Origin: Anthoceros angustus
Lineage: Eukaryota > Plantae > Anthocerotophyta
Direction: 5' to 3'
Assembly (NCBI GenBank): GCA_010909165.1
Contig: MU008167.1
Location: forward strand, 62,001-126,000
Length of the DNA: 64,000 bases
Shown: positions 10,843 to 24,400 of the stretch, piece by piece
How positions within the stretch are numbered: the first letter of the stretch is position 1
Layout: each line of letters opens with the position of its first letter
The notes under the pieces: model-generated
Seen by the model: only the letters and a program-made list of their open reading frames with translations
Told to the model about the DNA's origin: nothing
Databases searched by the model: none
Translations under genes and position numbers: made by a program

Positions 10843-13800
10843 TTTTATCATCGCCACTTATGGGATTATATTGATCAAAACAAAACAAGTATTCTTTTGA
10901 AAGTAAGAAGGTCTCAAGTGATCAAGCTAGAGTAAGAAATTCTAAACTAATCCAACTAGAACAAGAAACTCTAAAGTGATCGTGCTACATTATGAGTTGT
11001 TTTCTAATGGATTTTGTCTAATCAACTAAATAAACAATCACAAATGATCAGAACAAAGAATGCATGATTCAATTGATAAGTCAAAGCTTAAGATTTTACA
11101 TTATGAATTACAAATCATGAAAATTGTGCATGCGAAATGGCCGTGAACACAATAATCACGCGAGAAGTTTCAAAAGAATGCTTATTTTCTGGTGAAAAAC
11201 TGTTTATATAACTTTCTATTAATTTTTTACTAACGGTACAACCAACAGTCAAAGCTCTATGTGAAACTTATTAAGATTATGGTCTTCAGTAACCGCTTTC
11301 CAGTTAATTGCAATTTCTTTGAATCCTTCACATTCCAATCAATTATAATTAACTTGTTCCATTGGGCTCTCTTCGCATTGGTTTCTTCGGTTTTGTAACT
11401 CACTGCAAATTATTACCTACTCAAAATGCTTGAATTAGTATCTAATAGGCCTCTCGAGCAGGCCTCATAGACTCACATTAATTAATCCAACATTGCAAAT
11501 CGATGACCTCTTGAGTCATGACATTGTGCCTCTTGCTTCCTCTATTTCTTGTAGCGGGGCTAACACTAACAAGGATGGCGTGAAGGTAATCGCGAAGAGT
11601 AAAACTTGGACTAAGTCAACATGTAGATCGTCGAAAATCAACACATAAAACAAAGAATTTGAAAACTCAAAACTTGAAATCAAAAATCAAAAGTTGAGCC
11701 ACAAAACAAATAAGGAAAATCAACAGCTCAAAACAAAGATCGAAAATCCCAAAATGAATATAAACAAATAAGTGCAGATGTACAATGTCATTTACAAGCA
11801 CAACATTGTTTTGTTACAATGTACAATAATTTACAATACACAACACCACTTGTAAAATTTTCAGTTACGAATGCACGTCACAATGAAAAACGAAAATAGA
11901 TCTTAAACATGTAGTTCGACCATATCTAAACATCTTTTATATATACACACATAGGTATATAGAATTTGTATCTTGCATTTCATTCAAAAGAAGCCCGTAG
12001 CGTGCCGGACCAATGGGCGGCCTCGTGGGCTCTTACAACACGCCCCGTAGAGACCATGAATGAGAGGATGGGTGGCACCCCATCTTATCACCGACATCGA
12101 TTGGCGACAATGGAGTTCCAATGAGCTCACGTGTTTGGATGTCGCTCCTTCAAGGGAGGACTACAAAACAAATATTATTTCACCTTTTGGCTTTTGATTC
12201 AACGTTTGAATGTGTCGGTTTTTGTTTCAACCTTTTGTGAAACGAGACGCTTGTTTGCTTCGATGCATTTTGCAACTTTTAGCTTAGCTTTAGCCTCCCT
12301 TGAAATGGTTGGTAGCACTTTTCTCTTCTTAAAAGCACCTTGACTACTTCTTGGAGCCAATAATTTTTAGTTGGAGCTTTTCTTAAGCGATTGAGGTTGA
12401 ATTATTATGCTTAAGAGCAACTTGAATCTTGTTATCAAGTTGAGCAACAATGCTGGTCATAACTTCCATGTATAATTTGCGATGGAAATCAATATTCAAA
12501 ACTTGAGTGTGGAGCACTTGAATCTTGCACCAAGTTATCCCACTCATAGTTTGATTGTTCAATGATATTGCTTAATATGCTTTTGTGAACCTGTGCAGTC
12601 CTTATGTTTAGAGGAAGTAGATAGTTTCTCTTGTCTCTTGAGATCTTTAAATTTATCTCTAGAGATATCTACTATTGCTGGTATAAAATACACTTCTTGG
12701 GTCCGAAAGTATTTTTTCGTCGCCATTCAAGTAATGCTTGCTTTATTTTTGTAATACTTGAGCATGTATTACAACAAGGTGCTTAGACACTTGACTTCCT
12801 TGAAAACTTGTTCGATTCATTGCATCTCATCAATGTGATGCGATATTAAATGAATCGGCTGCTCGCATATGTTGACATTTTTCCAACATTTTGGCGTGCA
12901 TAACTCCTCGGTGTGAGTTGAGTTTAAAAGGCTAGCGAGATCGCTTGTTAATTAATGATAAAAGGATCATTAACACACCAATGTTTTAAAACATAAATAA
13001 AACAAAGATGTGTTATCAAGGAGAAAAGAACAAAACCCCGAGCAAATAAAACAAACCACACCTACCTCGGGGCTAGCACTCACTTCCTTGTGCTCACTTC
13101 CCGATTCTCAGCTCTATAAATACTACATGTACTTGCTATTTCTAGCGTTTAGGGTTTCACCCTCATCTCCTCCTTACAATAAAGAATATCCCATCCCTTG
13201 TTATTTCTAGCTAAGCATTCTTACTGTTATAGCTAAATATAATATATTAAATCACATTTACTCATTTTTCATGATGGGCTCTCCCATCATCTCTCCTCCC
13301 TCAATAGAACTTCATTTTTATTTCTTATTATTTGCAACTAGACATCATTTACTATGTTTTTCTTGTTTTTCTCACCATGACTACTTTTATGAATGCGGGT
13401 TTTAAACAAGGGGATGCGAGAATGGGCCCTCCACCTCGTAGGGGCATCGGGGTCATCCCGACTTTACTTTTGCTCACGATGACTCCTAGAGATCGTGAGT
13501 CTTCTCACAACCATACAAACCACTTCTTCTAAGGAGAGAAGCCTACAGTGGTTTCTCGACCAACTACTAAAAACTATCAAGGCGTCTCAGAGTGGCGCGT
13601 CAAAGATCATTGAAGGTGGCATAAGAGCACGAAAGTTGGCATAACTAAATACCTTTGAAGATGACATAAGAACCAAGTGGCATAAGACAAGGAAAGTGGC
13701 ATAATCAAACACCATTGAAGATGACATAAGACCATCAAGTGGCGGAAGACATTGAAAGTTGGCATAACTAAATACCTTTGAAGATGACATAAGAGCATTG

Positions 13801-16800
13801 AAGTGGGATAAGAGCACGAAAGTTGGCTCAATCAAACACCATTGAAGATGACATAAGACCAAGTGGCATAAGACAAGGAAAGCTAGCATAATCAAACACC
13901 ATTGAAGATGACATAAACCAAGTGGCGGAAGACAACAAAAGGGCATAATCAAACACCATTGAAGATGATATAAGACCACTCAAAGGTGGCAAGAAAAAGC
14001 GCTATAAACTATAAAGTATATGGCATCATAATTGGGGACTTATCTCAATGGATAAATGTTTGGGGCAAAGAGCTTTTAGTATCGCCTAATCGAAAGCGAC
14101 CCCATGAGCTGGGTTCCACAAGGCGTTGGTACACATTACTAACTCACCCCAATGCATTGAGATATTTTAATACAAGATTTGTTAAAACACGATAGTCGCA
14201 TTAAATCATGGCGAGATTTAGATCACGTTACCCATGATCTAAATCTTGACCGCGATGAGGGTCCGCCTCGGTTTGGCTCATCCTCGGCCTCTTCTCTTTC
14301 CACGTGCGGTTGTGGAGCCGCCATCGACGATTCCGGTCCCATTTGGCCCGTTGTCCCGTGGAGGGCAACGTATTGCTACGCATGGCGGTTTGGCGGCGTC
14401 ATGTTTTCGATAACTAAGGAGGCGGATTTTTCCGTCAGGGGCGCCCATATACATTGCATAATGGCGTGTCACCGGTGGACCTTTTTATACTAGGGGAGCA
14501 AATTTACATCGCTCATGTGGTTGTCACGGATCCCACGAGAGACTCCGTATGCGAGCACGTCATCATCAACCCCGGCCGGGTGGCGGAAGGATGCGCAACT
14601 AGCAAGACTCACAAGTACCCTCCTTTGCAAGACGGCCATGTTTTCATCCCCTCATCCTCGAGACTCATGGGGCTATGGGCAAGGACTTCTCTAGGTTAAT
14701 TAAGGAGTGTGCAAAGCCTATCACGACGAGTGGAGGGCCTCCCCTTTCCTGTGGTGGCTTTCTTTCGCCTTTGGGTTTTCATAGCCAGAAAGCGGCTAAC
14801 GTTGTTTATAGGGGCATCGGGGTCATCGACTTTACTTTTGCTCACGATGACTCCTAGAGATCGTGAGTCTTCTCACAACCATACAAAACCACTTCTTCTA
14901 AGGAGAGAAGCCTACCAGTAGTTTCTCCGACCAACTACTAAAAACTATCAAGACGTCCTCAGAGTGGCGTAAAGATCATTGAAGGTGGCATAAGAGCACG
15001 AAAGCTGGTATAATAAAACACCATTGAAGATGACATAAGAGCAAGAGGCATAAGACAAGGAAAGTGGCATAATCAAACACCATTGAAGATGACATAAGAC
15101 CAAAGGCGTAAGACATTGAAAGTTGGCATAACTAAATACCTTTGAAGATGACATAAGAGCACAAGTGGGATAAGAGTACCTAAAGTTGGCTCAATCAAAC
15201 ACCATTGAAGATGACATAAGAGCACAAGTGGCATAAGACAAGGAAAGCTAGCATAATCAAACACCATTGAAGATGACATAAGAGCACCAAGTGGCGAAGA
15301 CAACAAAAGCATAATCAAACACCATTGAAGATGATATAAGACCACTGCTCAAAGGTGGCAAGAAAAAGCGCTATAAACTATAAAGTATATGGCATCATAA
15401 TTGGGGACTTATCTCAATGGATAAATGTTTGGGGCAAAGAGCTTTTAGTATCCGCTTAATCGAAAGCGACCCCATGAGCTGGGTTCCACAAGGCGTTGGT
15501 ACACATTACTAACTCACCCCAATGCATTGAGATATTTTAATACAAGATTTGTTAAAACACGATAGTCGCATTAAATCATGGCGATAGATTTAGATCACGT
15601 TACCCATGATCTAAATCTTGACCGCGATGAGGGTCCGCCTCGGTTTGGCTCATCCTCCGGCCTCTTCTCTTTCCACGTGCGTGGAGCCGCCATCGATTCC
15701 GGTCCCATTTGGCCCGTTGTCCGTGGAGGGCAACGATAGTTACGCATGACGCCGCTTGGCACGCCATGTTTTCGATAACTAAGGAGAGCGGATTTTTCCG
15801 CAGGAGCGCCATATACATTGCATAATGGCGTCACCGGCGGACCTTTTTTTATACTAGGGGAGCAAATTTACATCGCTCATGTGGTTGTCACGGATCCCAC
15901 GAGAGACTCCGTGGCGAGCACGTCATCATCAACCCGCTGGGTGGCGGAAGGATGCAACTAGCAAGACTCACAAGTACCCTCCTTTGCAAGACGGCCATGT
16001 TTTCATCCCCTCATCCTCGAGACTCATGGGGCTATGGGCAAGGACTTCTAGGTTAATTAAGGAGTGTGCAAAAGCCTATCACACATGTGGAATTGAGGGC
16101 CTCCCCTTTCCTCTGTGGTGGCTTTCTTTCGCCTTTGGGTTTTCATAGCTACAGAAAGCGCCGTTGTTTATAGGACGCCAGCGCAGGACTAGCGGCTTCT
16201 TTGACATTGGTGGTAGGTAGGCCCTTCATCATCCCCGATCACGATATCATTGGTGCAAGAGGTAGTTACGGAAAGGCATTCGAGGACTAGGACTTTTTTT
16301 ATACTAGGGGAGCAAATTTACATCGCTCATGTGGTTGTCACGGATCCCACGAGAGACTCCGTGGCGAGCACGCCATCATCAACCCCTGGGTGGCGGAAGG
16401 ATGCAACTAGCAAGACTCACAAGTACCCTCCTTTGCAAGACGGCCATGTTTTCATCCCCTCATCCTCGAGACTCATGGGGCTATGGGCAAGGACTTCTAG
16501 GTTAATTAAGGAGTGTGCAAAAGCCTATCACACATGTGGAATTGAGGGCCTCCCCTTTCCTCTGTGGTGGCTTTCTTTCGCCTTTGGGTTTTCATAGCTA
16601 CAGAAAGCGCCGTTGTTTATAGGACGCCAGCGCAGGACTAGCGGCTTCTTCGACATTGGTGGTAGGTGGTAGGCCCTTCATCATCCCCGATCACGATATC
16701 ATTGGTGTGAAGAGAATTACGGAAAGGCATTCGAGGACTAGGACTTCCCTTTACTATTAGCCCTTTTAGGTTGTTCCTCCTTGGACTTAAGGGTTGATGG

Positions 16801-19557
16801 CATTTCCTATCTACTATTAAGAACGTCTACTCTACTCTTCTTACACATGATTAAAGTGCAACGTCCATTACTTTTATGCCTTTATTTTTATTACCATGTT
16901 GTATTATGTCATTTTTTTATTTCTTATTATTTGCAACTAGACATCATTTACTATGTTTTTCTTGTTTTCTCACCATGACTACTTTTATGGATGCGGGTTT
17001 TAAATGCGGTGGGAGGACTTGCCAGACTCCATAGGGGTATTTGTGGGTCATCGACTTCACTTCTGCTCACCATGACTCCTAGAGATCATGAGTCTTCTCA
17101 CAAACATACAAAACCACTTCTTCCAAGGAGAGAAAGCGTAACAAGAGTTCTCGACCAACTACTAAAACCCATCAAGACTTTTTGTGTCCAGTCGCCTTGG
17201 AGATTTGGAAGCCAATAGGCCTGGACAACATCCTAGGAGGTTGGGAAGCTAGCAGGCCTTGGTGACATATTTACAATGATTTACTTAACTTAAGAGAAAG
17301 TAAAGTCTCGCGTTATGAGGACTCGCACGAGGGAGACCAACGTACCCCATCCGACGGGGACCAACTTAGCGGATGCTGGAAATCGAAAGAGCTTCACTCA
17401 GCTGAAGCTAAAGAGCAAGCTATCACTAGTTCATAGCGGTCGGTGGATTCATAACTTTCGTAAAAAAATTGTTGTCGTGCTTTAGCAAATCTTTCTTTAA
17501 GATCTCTTATTTTATTATATTGGGGTGATCAATCCCTAATTATGGTACCATATTCTTTATAATTTATAGTGCATTCTTAGATTATGCCATCTTTATGGTC
17601 TTGTGCCACCTTTATGGTCTTTGATTGTGCCACCTCAGGACTTTTGCCACCTTTCGTGGACTTTTGTTTTGCCAACCTTGTGGTCTTTTCTCATGCCACC
17701 TTATGCCACTTTCTACTTGATGAAGGTAGCTCCAGCTTGCTCTAAGGTGGGATGAAATAATCGTAACCAGATCCGGATCTGTCAAACACTCCGTTGCCTC
17801 CCTAATATTCCTTCTCCACATAGGTTTGCACATCATTCTGCCATTTTTGGAGGTGCTCGCAAGCACACACTCCACGACCTGCACAACTTGACTACGTGAG
17901 GCCCTGCTCAATGTTTGCTCGATGTGTGTTCACAAAATCTGTTGCAGAGCATCGTAGTTTCTTCAACTCTTGTGTCAACCCAACTGTGCACACTTGAGAG
18001 TTAGTACCCTGTTATGAGAAGCCTATCCACTTGTAGTTATGCTCCAACATTGCTTTCAATACATAGAAATGGATTTTTCACTCTAAGCAAATGTGACATG
18101 ATACACATGCACAAAGTTCCAAATTCAGAGACTAGTACCCACAACTCAGCTCCTTCTTTCACATGTAACCGTCGTTACATTGCTCCAAAAATAACAAAAA
18201 TGGTATCATTTTGTTCTTCTTGTTGAGCGCTAATAGATGGATATATCAAAACAATTACAATTGGTTGAGCATTTGGTGAGAAATTGCCCCGCTTTCTACA
18301 TTTGCAGAATTCCTCAAGGCCCATGTTCCGTCGTTTTAGTGACTCAAAAAACTACATGTTTGGCACCATTATGTTCCTCTTGTTGAGTTCTATTAGATGA
18401 TACCAAGACAGTTACAATTGGCTAAGTATTTTGCGAAAAAACTCAGCCTCACTTTTTCTGGTCACCGCTAACCTCACATGGGCATTGGTTAGCTGGAGTT
18501 TGCTGGAGGAATGAAGAGTCTGCAGGAATCCTTCTTCAAACCAGCACCCTCTCATCTTTGGGCACCTCTAGATGCATAAGACGATTACATCATCACGTTT
18601 GTGAAAACATCGCCCTCAAAGTGTCTTTGTTGACCGTATGAGCATCTCCTGTGTGTAGAATGGGGTTTCTGCGCTCGTCTTGAGGACATGCTCGTCAATT
18701 GCATCTCCATCAACCACACCGCACCTTTGCCACACATGAGCGTTTACGCCTCTGCATTGCCCAAAAGTCTACATTTTTTGCTCACTGTGCACACATGTGT
18801 CTTCATCAACCGCTTGAGTGCATATGAGTCTTCACCGCTTGCCTGAGCGGCATATGTCTTCACCAACCCGGCGCTGCATGTGTGTTCACTGTTTACTGCT
18901 TTTGTATTCTTGTGCACCTCCTTTTTGTTTCGTGGCACAAGATGAACCCTCTTCCACAACATTGTCGCATGTAAAGACATCACGTATCAATGTCTTCCTT
19001 CACGCTGGAGTAAGAGCTGACCAATTTGCTTGCTACCAAATCCTTGCCTTCATCTCCAGATAGCGTCACCCGATTAGGTTTTTCTCATTCTTCCTTGGCT
19101 CTCGCTGCAATTTCCTCACTTTCAACGCAGGAAACGGTTACTTGTTATCGTCCTCCCTCGGATACGTGTACCCTTCACTAGTACCCTTCCACCGCCACGC
19201 CTCCCAACATTGTTGTGTTTGCATCCGATTCCCCGGCCTTGCCTTGCCTTGCCTTTCTTCCACCTATGCTTCAACCCTAATTTTTCCTCCAACCAGGAGC
19301 GTTGGAAGGCGTGCATGAGAGGCCCATTTGATTCGACCTCTCCTTTTGTGATGAAGTGGGACCCTGCCTCCTCGGGAGGTGGGCCTGCTCTCCACTTTCT
19401 TCCCCTTTTGTCCGTAGGCCTCTTCTCTTCCTTGTTTACCTTCTCTTGAAGTTGCGCAATTTGGGGTCTCACTCAATTAGCGTTGCTCTTCAATTCATGA
19501 ACTAATCTACATTATTGAATACAGACATGATCAATTCCTTCCTCGGATATCCATTGC

Positions 19558-19910
19558 TCATTCCTCCAAATAAGCATGCTTTCGACATAATGGCATGTAA
19601 ATATCTTCATCCCCAACAACGACTTGAGGTAATAATTTTCCAATTCTATGTGAATGAAGCAACCTTGCCACATAATTTACATTTGGCTAGCAATGTTTCT
19701 ATTCTATCAACTAATGGAATCAATTGTAATAACTTTCCAAATAGTTTTTGTGACTATCCCGTCAATCCCACCATTATTTTTCTTTCCTTTATCGCCGCGC
19801 TTAACTACGGTTGCTAGTCTACCCGCTTCTCGTTCTAATTGTATGCTTCTTAACAAGTAACTTGTTTTGCCACTAAACATAGGTACCATAATAATGAAAA
19901 ATTTCTCCAT
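19558..19910 (-). pseudogene. Thymidine kinase remnant, copy 4
   Basis: ORF 19707-19925 contains MEKFFIIMVPMFSGKTSYLLR; the rest is frameshifted. Confidence 0.88.
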
Positions 19911-21075
19911 TTTTATCATCGCCACTTATGGGATTATATTCAAGAAACAAAACAAGTATTCTTTTGAAAGTAAGAAGGTCTCAAGTCGATCAAGCTAGAG
20001 TAAGAAATTCTAAACTAATCCAACTAGAACAAGAAACTCTAAAGTGATCGTGCTACATTATGAGTTGTTTTCTAATGGATTTTGTCTAATCAACTAAATA
20101 AACAATCACAAATGATCAAAACAAAGAATGCATGATTCAATTGATAAGTCAAAGCTTAAGATTTTGCATTATGAATTACAAATCATGAAAATTGTGCATG
20201 CGAAATGGCCGTGAACACAATAATCACGCGAGAAGTTTCAAAAGAATGCTTATTTTTCGGTGAAAACTGTTTATATAACTTTCTATTAATTTTTACTAAC
20301 GGTGCAATAACAATCAAAGCTCTATGTGAAACTTATTAAGATTATGGTCTTGATCGCTTCAGCTTAATTGCAATTTCTTTGAATCCTTCACATTCCAATC
20401 AATTATAATTAACTTGTTCCATTGGGCTCTCTTCGCATTGGTTTCTTCCAGTTTTTGTAACTCACTCGCAAATTATTACCTACTCAAAATGCTTGAATTA
20501 GTATCTAATAGGCCTCTGAGCAGGCCTCATAGACTCACATTAATTAATCCAACATTGCAAATCGATGACCTCTTGAGTCATGACATTGTGCCTCTTGCTT
20601 CCTCTATTTCTTGTGTGGCTAACACTAACAAGGATGGCGTGAAGGTAATCGCGAAGAGTAAAACTTGGACTAAGTCAACATGTAGATCGTCGAAAATCAA
20701 CACATAAAACAAAGAATTTGAAAACTCAAAACTTGAAATCAAAAATCAAAAGTTGAGCCACAAAACAAATAAGGAAAATCAACGACTCAAAACAAAGATC
20801 GAAAATCCCAAAATGAATATAAACAAATAAGGGTGCAGATGTACAATGTCATTTGATTCCCGACCTCTCCTTTTGTGATGAAGTGGGACTGCTCCTGGGA
20901 GGTGGGCCTGCTCTCCACTTTCTTCCCCTTTTTGTCCGTAGGCCTCTTCTCTTCCTTGTTTACCTTCTCTTGAAGTTGCGCAATTTGGGGTCTCACTTAG
21001 CGTTGCTCTTCAATTCATGAACTAATCTACATTATTGAATACATGTATCATGATTCCTTCCTGGATATCCATTGC

Positions 21076-21434
21076 TCATTCCTCCAAATAAGCATGCTTT
21101 CGACATAATGGCATGTAAATATCTTCATCCCCAACAACGACTTGAGGTAATAATTTTCCAATTCTATGTGTGAATGGTGCAGAACCTTGCCACATAATTT
21201 ACATTTGGCTAGCAATGTTTCTATTCTATCAACTAATGGAATCAATTGTAATAACTTTCCAAATAGTTTTTGTGACTATCCCGTCCAATCTCGCCACCAT
21301 TATTTTTCTTTCCTTTATCTCGTGACTTAACTACGGTTGCTAGTCTACCCGCTTCGTTCTAATTGTATGCTTCTTAACAAGTAACTTGTTTTGCCACTAA
21401 ACATAGGTACCATAATAATGAAAAATTTCTCCAT
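21076..21434 (-). pseudogene. Thymidine kinase remnant, copy 5
   Basis: Near-identical to the other copies; ORF 21048-21245 has IPLVDRIETLLAKCKLCGK. Confidence 0.88.
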
Positions 21435-24400
21435 TTTATCATCGCCACTTATGGGATTATATTCAAGAAACAAAACAAGTATTCTTTTGAAAGTAAGAAG
21501 GTCTCGTCGATCAAGCTAGAGTAAGAAATTCTAAACTAATCCAACTAGAACAAGAAACTCTAAAGTGATCGTGCTACATTATGAGTTGTTTTCTAATGGA
21601 TTTTGTCTAATCAACTAAATAAACAATCACAAATGATCAAAACAAAGAATGCATGATTCAATTGATAAGTCAAAGCTTAAGATTTTGCATTATGAATTAC
21701 AAATCATGAAAATTGTGCATGCGAAATGGCCGTGAACACAATAATCACGAGAAGTTTCAAAAGAATGCTTATTTTCGGTGAAAACTGTTTATATAACTTT
21801 CTATTAATTTTTACTAACGCATACAACATCAAAGCTCTATGTGAAACTTATTAAGATTATGGTCTTCAAGAATCGCTTCAGTTAATTTCTTTGAATCCTT
21901 CACATTCCAATCAATTATAATTAACTTGTTCCATTGGGCTCTCTTCGCATTGGTTTCTTCCGGTTTGTAACTCACTGCAAATTATTACCTACTCAAAATG
22001 CTTGAATTAGTATCTAATAGGCCTCTGAGCAGGCCTCATAGACTCACATTAATTAATCCAACATTGCAAATCGATGACCTCTTGAGTCATGACATTGTGC
22101 CTCTTGCTTCTCTATTTCTTGTGACAGGCTAACACTAACAAGGATGGCGTGAAGGTAATCGCGAAGAGTAAAACTTGGACTAAGTCAACATGTAGATCGT
22201 CGAAAATCAACACATAAAACAAAGAATTTGAAAACTCAAAACTTGAAATCAAAAATCAAAAGTTGAGCCACAAAACAAATAAGGAAAATCAACAGCTCAA
22301 AACAAAGATCGAAAATCCCAAAATGAATATAAACAAAATAAAGTGCAGATGTACAATGTCATTTATTTGCACAACATTGTTTTGTTACAATGTACAATGC
22401 CATTTACAATACACAACACCACTTGTAAAATTTTCAGGTTACGAATGCACGTCACAATGAAAACGAAAATAGATCTTAAACATGTAGTTCGACCATATCT
22501 AAACATCTTTTATATATACACACATAGGTATATAGAATTTGTATCTTGCATTTCATTCAAAAGAAGCCCGTAGTGCTGCACCAATGGGCGGCCTCGTAGG
22601 GCTCTTACAACACGCGCCCGTAGGGCCATGAATGAGAGGATGGGTGGCACCCCATCTTATCACTGATTACTGATTGGCGACAATGGAGTTCCAATGAGCT
22701 CATGTGTTTGGATGTCGCTCCTTCAAGGGAGGACTACAAAAACAAATATTATTTCACCTTTTGGCTTTTGATTCAACGTTTCGAATGTGTCGTTTTTGTT
22801 TCAACCTTTTGTGAAACGAGACGCCGCTTGTTTGCTTCGATGCATTTTGCAACTTTTAGCTTAGCTTTAGCCTCCCTTGAAATGGTTGGTAGCACTTTTC
22901 TCTTCTTAAAAGCACCTTGACTACTTCTTGGAGCCAATAATTTTTTACTTGGAGCTTTTCTTAAAGCAGTTGAGGTTGAATTATTATGCTTAAGAGCAAC
23001 TTGAATCTTGTTATCAAGTTGAGCAACAATGCTGGTCATAACTTCCATGTATAATTTGCGATGGAAATCAATATTCAAAACTTTAGAGTGTGGAGCACTT
23101 GAATCTTGCACCAAGTTATCCCACTCATAGTTTGATTGTTCAATGATATTGCTTAATATGCTTTTGTGAACCGTGCAGTCCTTATGTTTAGAGGAAGTAG
23201 ATAGTTTCTCTTGTCTCTTGAGATCTTTAAATTTATCTCTAGAGATATCTACTATTGCCTCGTATAAAATACACTTCTTGGGTCCGAAAGTATTTTTTCG
23301 TCGCCATTCAAGTAATGCTTGCTTTATTTTTGTAATACTTGAGCATGTATTACAACAAGGTGCTTAGACACTTGACTTCCTTGAAAACTTGTTCGATTGC
23401 ATTGCATCTCATCAATGTGATGCGATATTAAAGCGAATGCGGCCGTGCATATGTTGACATTTTTCCAACATTTTGGCGTGCATAACTCCTCGGTGTGAGT
23501 TGAGTTTAAAAGGCTAGCGAGATCGCTTGTTAATTAATGATAAAAGGATCATTAACACACCAATGTTTTAAAACATAAATAAACAAAGATGTGTTATCAA
23601 GGAGAAAAGAACAAAACCCGAGCAAATAAAACAAAACCACACCTACCTCGGGGCTGGCGCTCACTTCCTTGTGCTCACTTCCCAAAGGTCTCAGCTATAA
23701 ATACTACATGTACTTGCTATTTCTAGCGTTTAGGGTTTCACCCTCATCTCCTCCTTACAATAAAGAATATCCCATCCCTTGTTATTTCTAGCTAAGCATT
23801 CTTCTGTTTATAGCTAAATATAATATATTAAATCACATTTACTCATTTTTCATGATGGGCTCTCCCATCATCTCTCCTCCCTCAATAGAACTTCATTTTT
23901 ATTTCTTATTATTTGCAACTAGACATCATTTACTATGTTTTTCTTGTTTTCTCACCATGACTACTTTTATATGCGGGTTTAAAACAAGGGGATGCGAGAA
24001 TGGGCCCTCCACCTCGTAGGGGCATCGGGGTCATCCCGACTTTACTTTTGCTCACGATGACTCCTAGAGATCATGAGTCTTCTCACAACCATACAAACCA
24101 CTTCTTCTAAGGAGAGAAGCCTACCAGTAGTTTCTCGACCAACTACTAAAAACTATCAAGACGTCTCTGTCCGTGGCGCTCAAAGATCATTGAAGGTGGC
24201 ATAAGAGCACGAAAATGGTATAATAAAACACCATTGAAGATGACATAAGAACCAAGTGGCATAAGACAAGGAAAGCTGGCATAATCAAACACCATTGAAG
24301 ATGACATAAGACCACAAGTGGCAGAAGACATTGAAAGTTGGCATAACTAAATACCTTTGAAGATGACATAAGAGCACTGAAGTGGGATAAGAGCACGAAA

